From contig DQNS01000041.1 in the NCBI GenBank assembly GCA_015659035.1, positions 10-64,009 on the forward strand: DNA of 64,000 nucleotides. The letters run 5' to 3'. The notes beneath the pieces were generated by a model. That model made no database searches. It was given only the letters and a program-made list of their open reading frames with translations, and was not told where the DNA came from. Below are positions 62,331 through 64,000 of this stretch, one piece after another. The stretch is from Acidobacteriota bacterium (GTDB taxonomy: Bacteria > Acidobacteriota > Vicinamibacteria > Vicinamibacterales > UBA8438). Numbering within the stretch: the stretch's first letter is position 1; the number at the start of each line of letters is the position of its first letter. Position numbers and translations under genes: made by a program.

Positions 62331-62482
62331 CCCGTGGTGGAAGTCCAGCGTTGCACCGAGACCGGTGATGTGCCCGGTTGGCAAGGCGCGACGAGGGAGA
62401 ATACCGGCAGTATGTGACCGAGGAGCAACGACGCCAGGCGGGATACAGCGCCGGTCGAATGCAGCTGGGCTTTCACCACGGG
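62331..62482 (+). ncRNA. candidate structured RNA element, SE family copy B (best-formed copy)
   Basis: 19-bp closing helix CCCGTGGTGGAAGTCCAGC/GCTGGGCTTTCACCACGGG with 2 G-U pairs. GTTGC..GCAAC inner helix. Core reads GGCAAGGCGCGACGAGGGAG-ATAC/GTAT hairpin-GACCGAGGAGCAACG-CCAGGCGGGATAC. Confidence 0.55.
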
Positions 62483-62597
62483 TTGCCCGTGTCCCGTCAC
62501 AGGAGCATGCGAAATGATTCCCGGACCTTCCCCGTCTGTACGGACACGGTGTGTTGAACCACCGACCATCCTTCTGCCTTGATTGACCGACACGTGG

Positions 62598-62813
62598 ATG
62601 AATAGACTCGAGCAGAAGACCACCGACGCGCTGATCGCCCGAGGGTTCGCCGACACCCACGCGGCGGGCGACTGCCCGGAACCCGGCGTGCTGGCGGCGT
62701 TGCACGAACGGACACTCGAAGCGGATGAGACCCAGCGCTGGCTCCCTCACGTCGCCGATGGCCGGCGGTTCCGCACCGTCGACGGCGGCGCGCGGTGGGC
62801 ACCGCTGCCGTGA
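62598..62813 (+). CDS. anti-sigma-factor-like N-terminal fragment (degenerate zinc-finger region)
   Basis: CPEPGVLAALHERTLEADETQRWLPHVADGRRFRTV resembles the HxxxCxxC anti-sigma region, but Gly and Phe replace the two Cys. Ends at a TGA that is in frame with the next ORF. Confidence 0.4.
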   Translation: MNRLEQKTTDALIARGFADTHAAGDCPEPGVLAALHERTLEADETQRWLPHVADGRRFRTVDGGARWAPLP

Positions 62814-62873
62814 GCAGGCTGCCGAGGAACACAGCCGTTCGGTCGCAACAGAGAGAGAAATCCAAGACCGGGA

Positions 62874-63086
62874 ATGACCGCACACCCGCCCCGTGACGAC
62901 GCGGCGCCCGACGGCCCAACCAAGCACACCGCGATCGGTGTCGGGCTCAACCTCCTGTTGCTGGCCATGATCGGCTACGGCTACTGGCGGTCGGAGGACT
63001 GGAAATGGACTTGGGTGCTGGTCGGCATTCCGATCACCATCGTCACCCTCCGCTACGCGTGGCACCTGCTACGGTCGCGTCCATGA
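62874..63086 (+). CDS. small two-TM membrane protein (possibly the distal part of the preceding ORF)
   Basis: IGVGLNLLLLAMIGYGYW and WVLVGIPITIVTL hydrophobic segments. Same reading frame as 62598-62813. Confidence 0.4.
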   Translation: MTAHPPRDDAAPDGPTKHTAIGVGLNLLLLAMIGYGYWRSEDWKWTWVLVGIPITIVTLRYAWHLLRSRP

Positions 63087-63191
63087 AGTCGCTCCCCATC
63101 AACGCCGGCCGGCACAACCCGGACGCGCCGGGCGACGTGCATGTCGAACAGCGCGATATCGAGACCCAGTGCGCCAGAATACCCGTCAGAC

Positions 63192-63965
63192 TCAATCCGA
63201 CACAGCCAGCTCGCCTGGAACAATCGGGCGGGTGCGGGGCAGCTTGCCGCGATACGACAACCAGCCGACGAACGCAAGGACGCCGACGAAGACCGCCAGC
63301 TTCAGCACATCACCCGTCCGGCCATATGGCAGCACGGTCCACAGGAACCAGGCGATCGGCTGCGCGATGCACATCGCCCAGGTCGAGCCGTAGAAGTAGC
63401 GCCGCTCGACCCCCTCGTCCTTGGTCGATGGCGTCACCCGCGGCAGCCGGCCGGCCGCCCCAAGCACCCAGACCGCGATCGCCACCGGAAAATAGCCGAG
63501 GTCGTATATCTGCCGCTGGTTCCACACGCCGGTGAGAACCGCCACGACGAGCCCGGCGATGTTGAGCACCCCGAACGAGACGACCCCGCTCCAGGCGAAT
63601 GTGTAGCAGACCCGGCGATAGAGCGGGTTGGGCCGGTCCTCGGTAAACCGGATGATGTAGGGTCGCTGCTCGCACCCGGGCAGTCGGCCCCGCAGCCCGG
63701 CGATCCCGGTCCCAACCAGGACCACGCCGAGCCAGATCGCCATGCGCCGGTCGAACCCGCTCTCGAAGAGGTCGAAGATGAGCGGTCCCGGCGTGATGAA
63801 GAAGATGAAGATCCAAATCGGCCAGTGGGACAACCGGTAGTGGGGCTTGTTGCGGTAGCGGATCTTCCGTTCGCTGGCCAGTTCGACAGGGATCCCCGCT
63901 GCTGGCACCGGCGCGGTGTCCTCGACAGTCACATCAACTTTTATACCGTACGGACAGATCGGCAA
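63192..63965 (-). CDS. hypothetical polytopic membrane protein
   Basis: 257-aa ORF with about 6 hydrophobic segments. No family recognised. Confidence 0.6.
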   Translation of the reverse strand: MPICPYGIKVDVTVEDTAPVPAAGIPVELASERKIRYRNKPHYRLSHWPIWIFIFFITPGPLIFDLFESGFDRRMAIWLGVVLVGTGIAGLRGRLPGCEQRPYIIRFTEDRPNPLYRRVCYTFAWSGVVSFGVLNIAGLVVAVLTGVWNQRQIYDLGYFPVAIAVWVLGAAGRLPRVTPSTKDEGVERRYFYGSTWAMCIAQPIAWFLWTVLPYGRTGDVLKLAVFVGVLAFVGWLSYRGKLPRTRPIVPGELAVSD

Positions 63966-64000
63966 CGTGGTCGAGCGTCGCCTTGAACATGCTGAACCGA

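Noticed and set aside
62331-62482. SE elements considered as RNase P RNA, a glycine riboswitch, or cobalamin/SAH/ykkC-type riboswitches.
   Set aside because: Only short word-level similarities exist. The elements are far shorter than RNase P RNA and occur in five copies. The glycine-type CUCUC/P3b parts, the B12 box and the other defining motifs are missing. The downstream genes are also functionally unrelated. This still needs a formal covariance-model scan.
63966-64000. Possible start or end of another gene at the right window edge.
   Set aside because: There are too few nucleotides to judge.

Overview
High-GC (roughly 65-70%) bacterial chromosomal segment, read by eye and by motif recognition only. 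No searches were run, and start codons are approximate.

Gene content points to a diderm organism: a TolC-like protein, a Pal lipoprotein, LPS-type glycosyltransferases and RseP. The repeat style and the microcompartment genes are compatible with Acidobacteriota-like soil bacteria, but that assignment is inference only.

The window is mostly densely packed core genes:
- rseP-dxr-cdsA-uppS, truA and pyrE.
- TolC-like protein plus two glycosyltransferases.
- A split pyrimidine cluster: pyrR-pyrB-pyrC divergent from pyrK-pyrD and a decayed pyrF.
- pal, a REC-PilZ protein, and a GldA/F/G-like ABC-2 system with a DUF4340 partner.
- alaX, queC, queE, nth, pdxJ.
- ftsH-folP-cdaA-cdaR-glmM.
- tilS next to a tRNA with a CAU anticodon, then queA and fabH.
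- yebC-ruvC-ruvA-ruvB.
- A Tat-signal ThDP enzyme, an FGE-like protein, GGT, RidA and Qor.
- glcDEF and an M64 peptidase.

No rRNA, CRISPR array, transposase or prophage genes were seen.

Unusual content:
1. A five-copy family of about 150-220 nt elements. They share a conserved core and have covarying closing helices. All five are sense-oriented next to transcription units. I treat them as a candidate unclassified structured RNA.
2. A compact microcompartment locus: a class II aldolase with a C-terminal encapsulation-peptide-like helix, one BMC-H and three BMC-P genes, and no BMC-T or aldehyde dehydrogenase in the window.
3. Two abundant intergenic repeat families. R1 is a heptamer-rich hairpin (AGGAGTC)n. 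R2 runs from CTAGCGAAGCT to a GCCCCGC-TAC-GCGGGGC hairpin. Both intrude on gene ends and on 5' UTRs.
4. A frameshifted, internally deleted pyrF.
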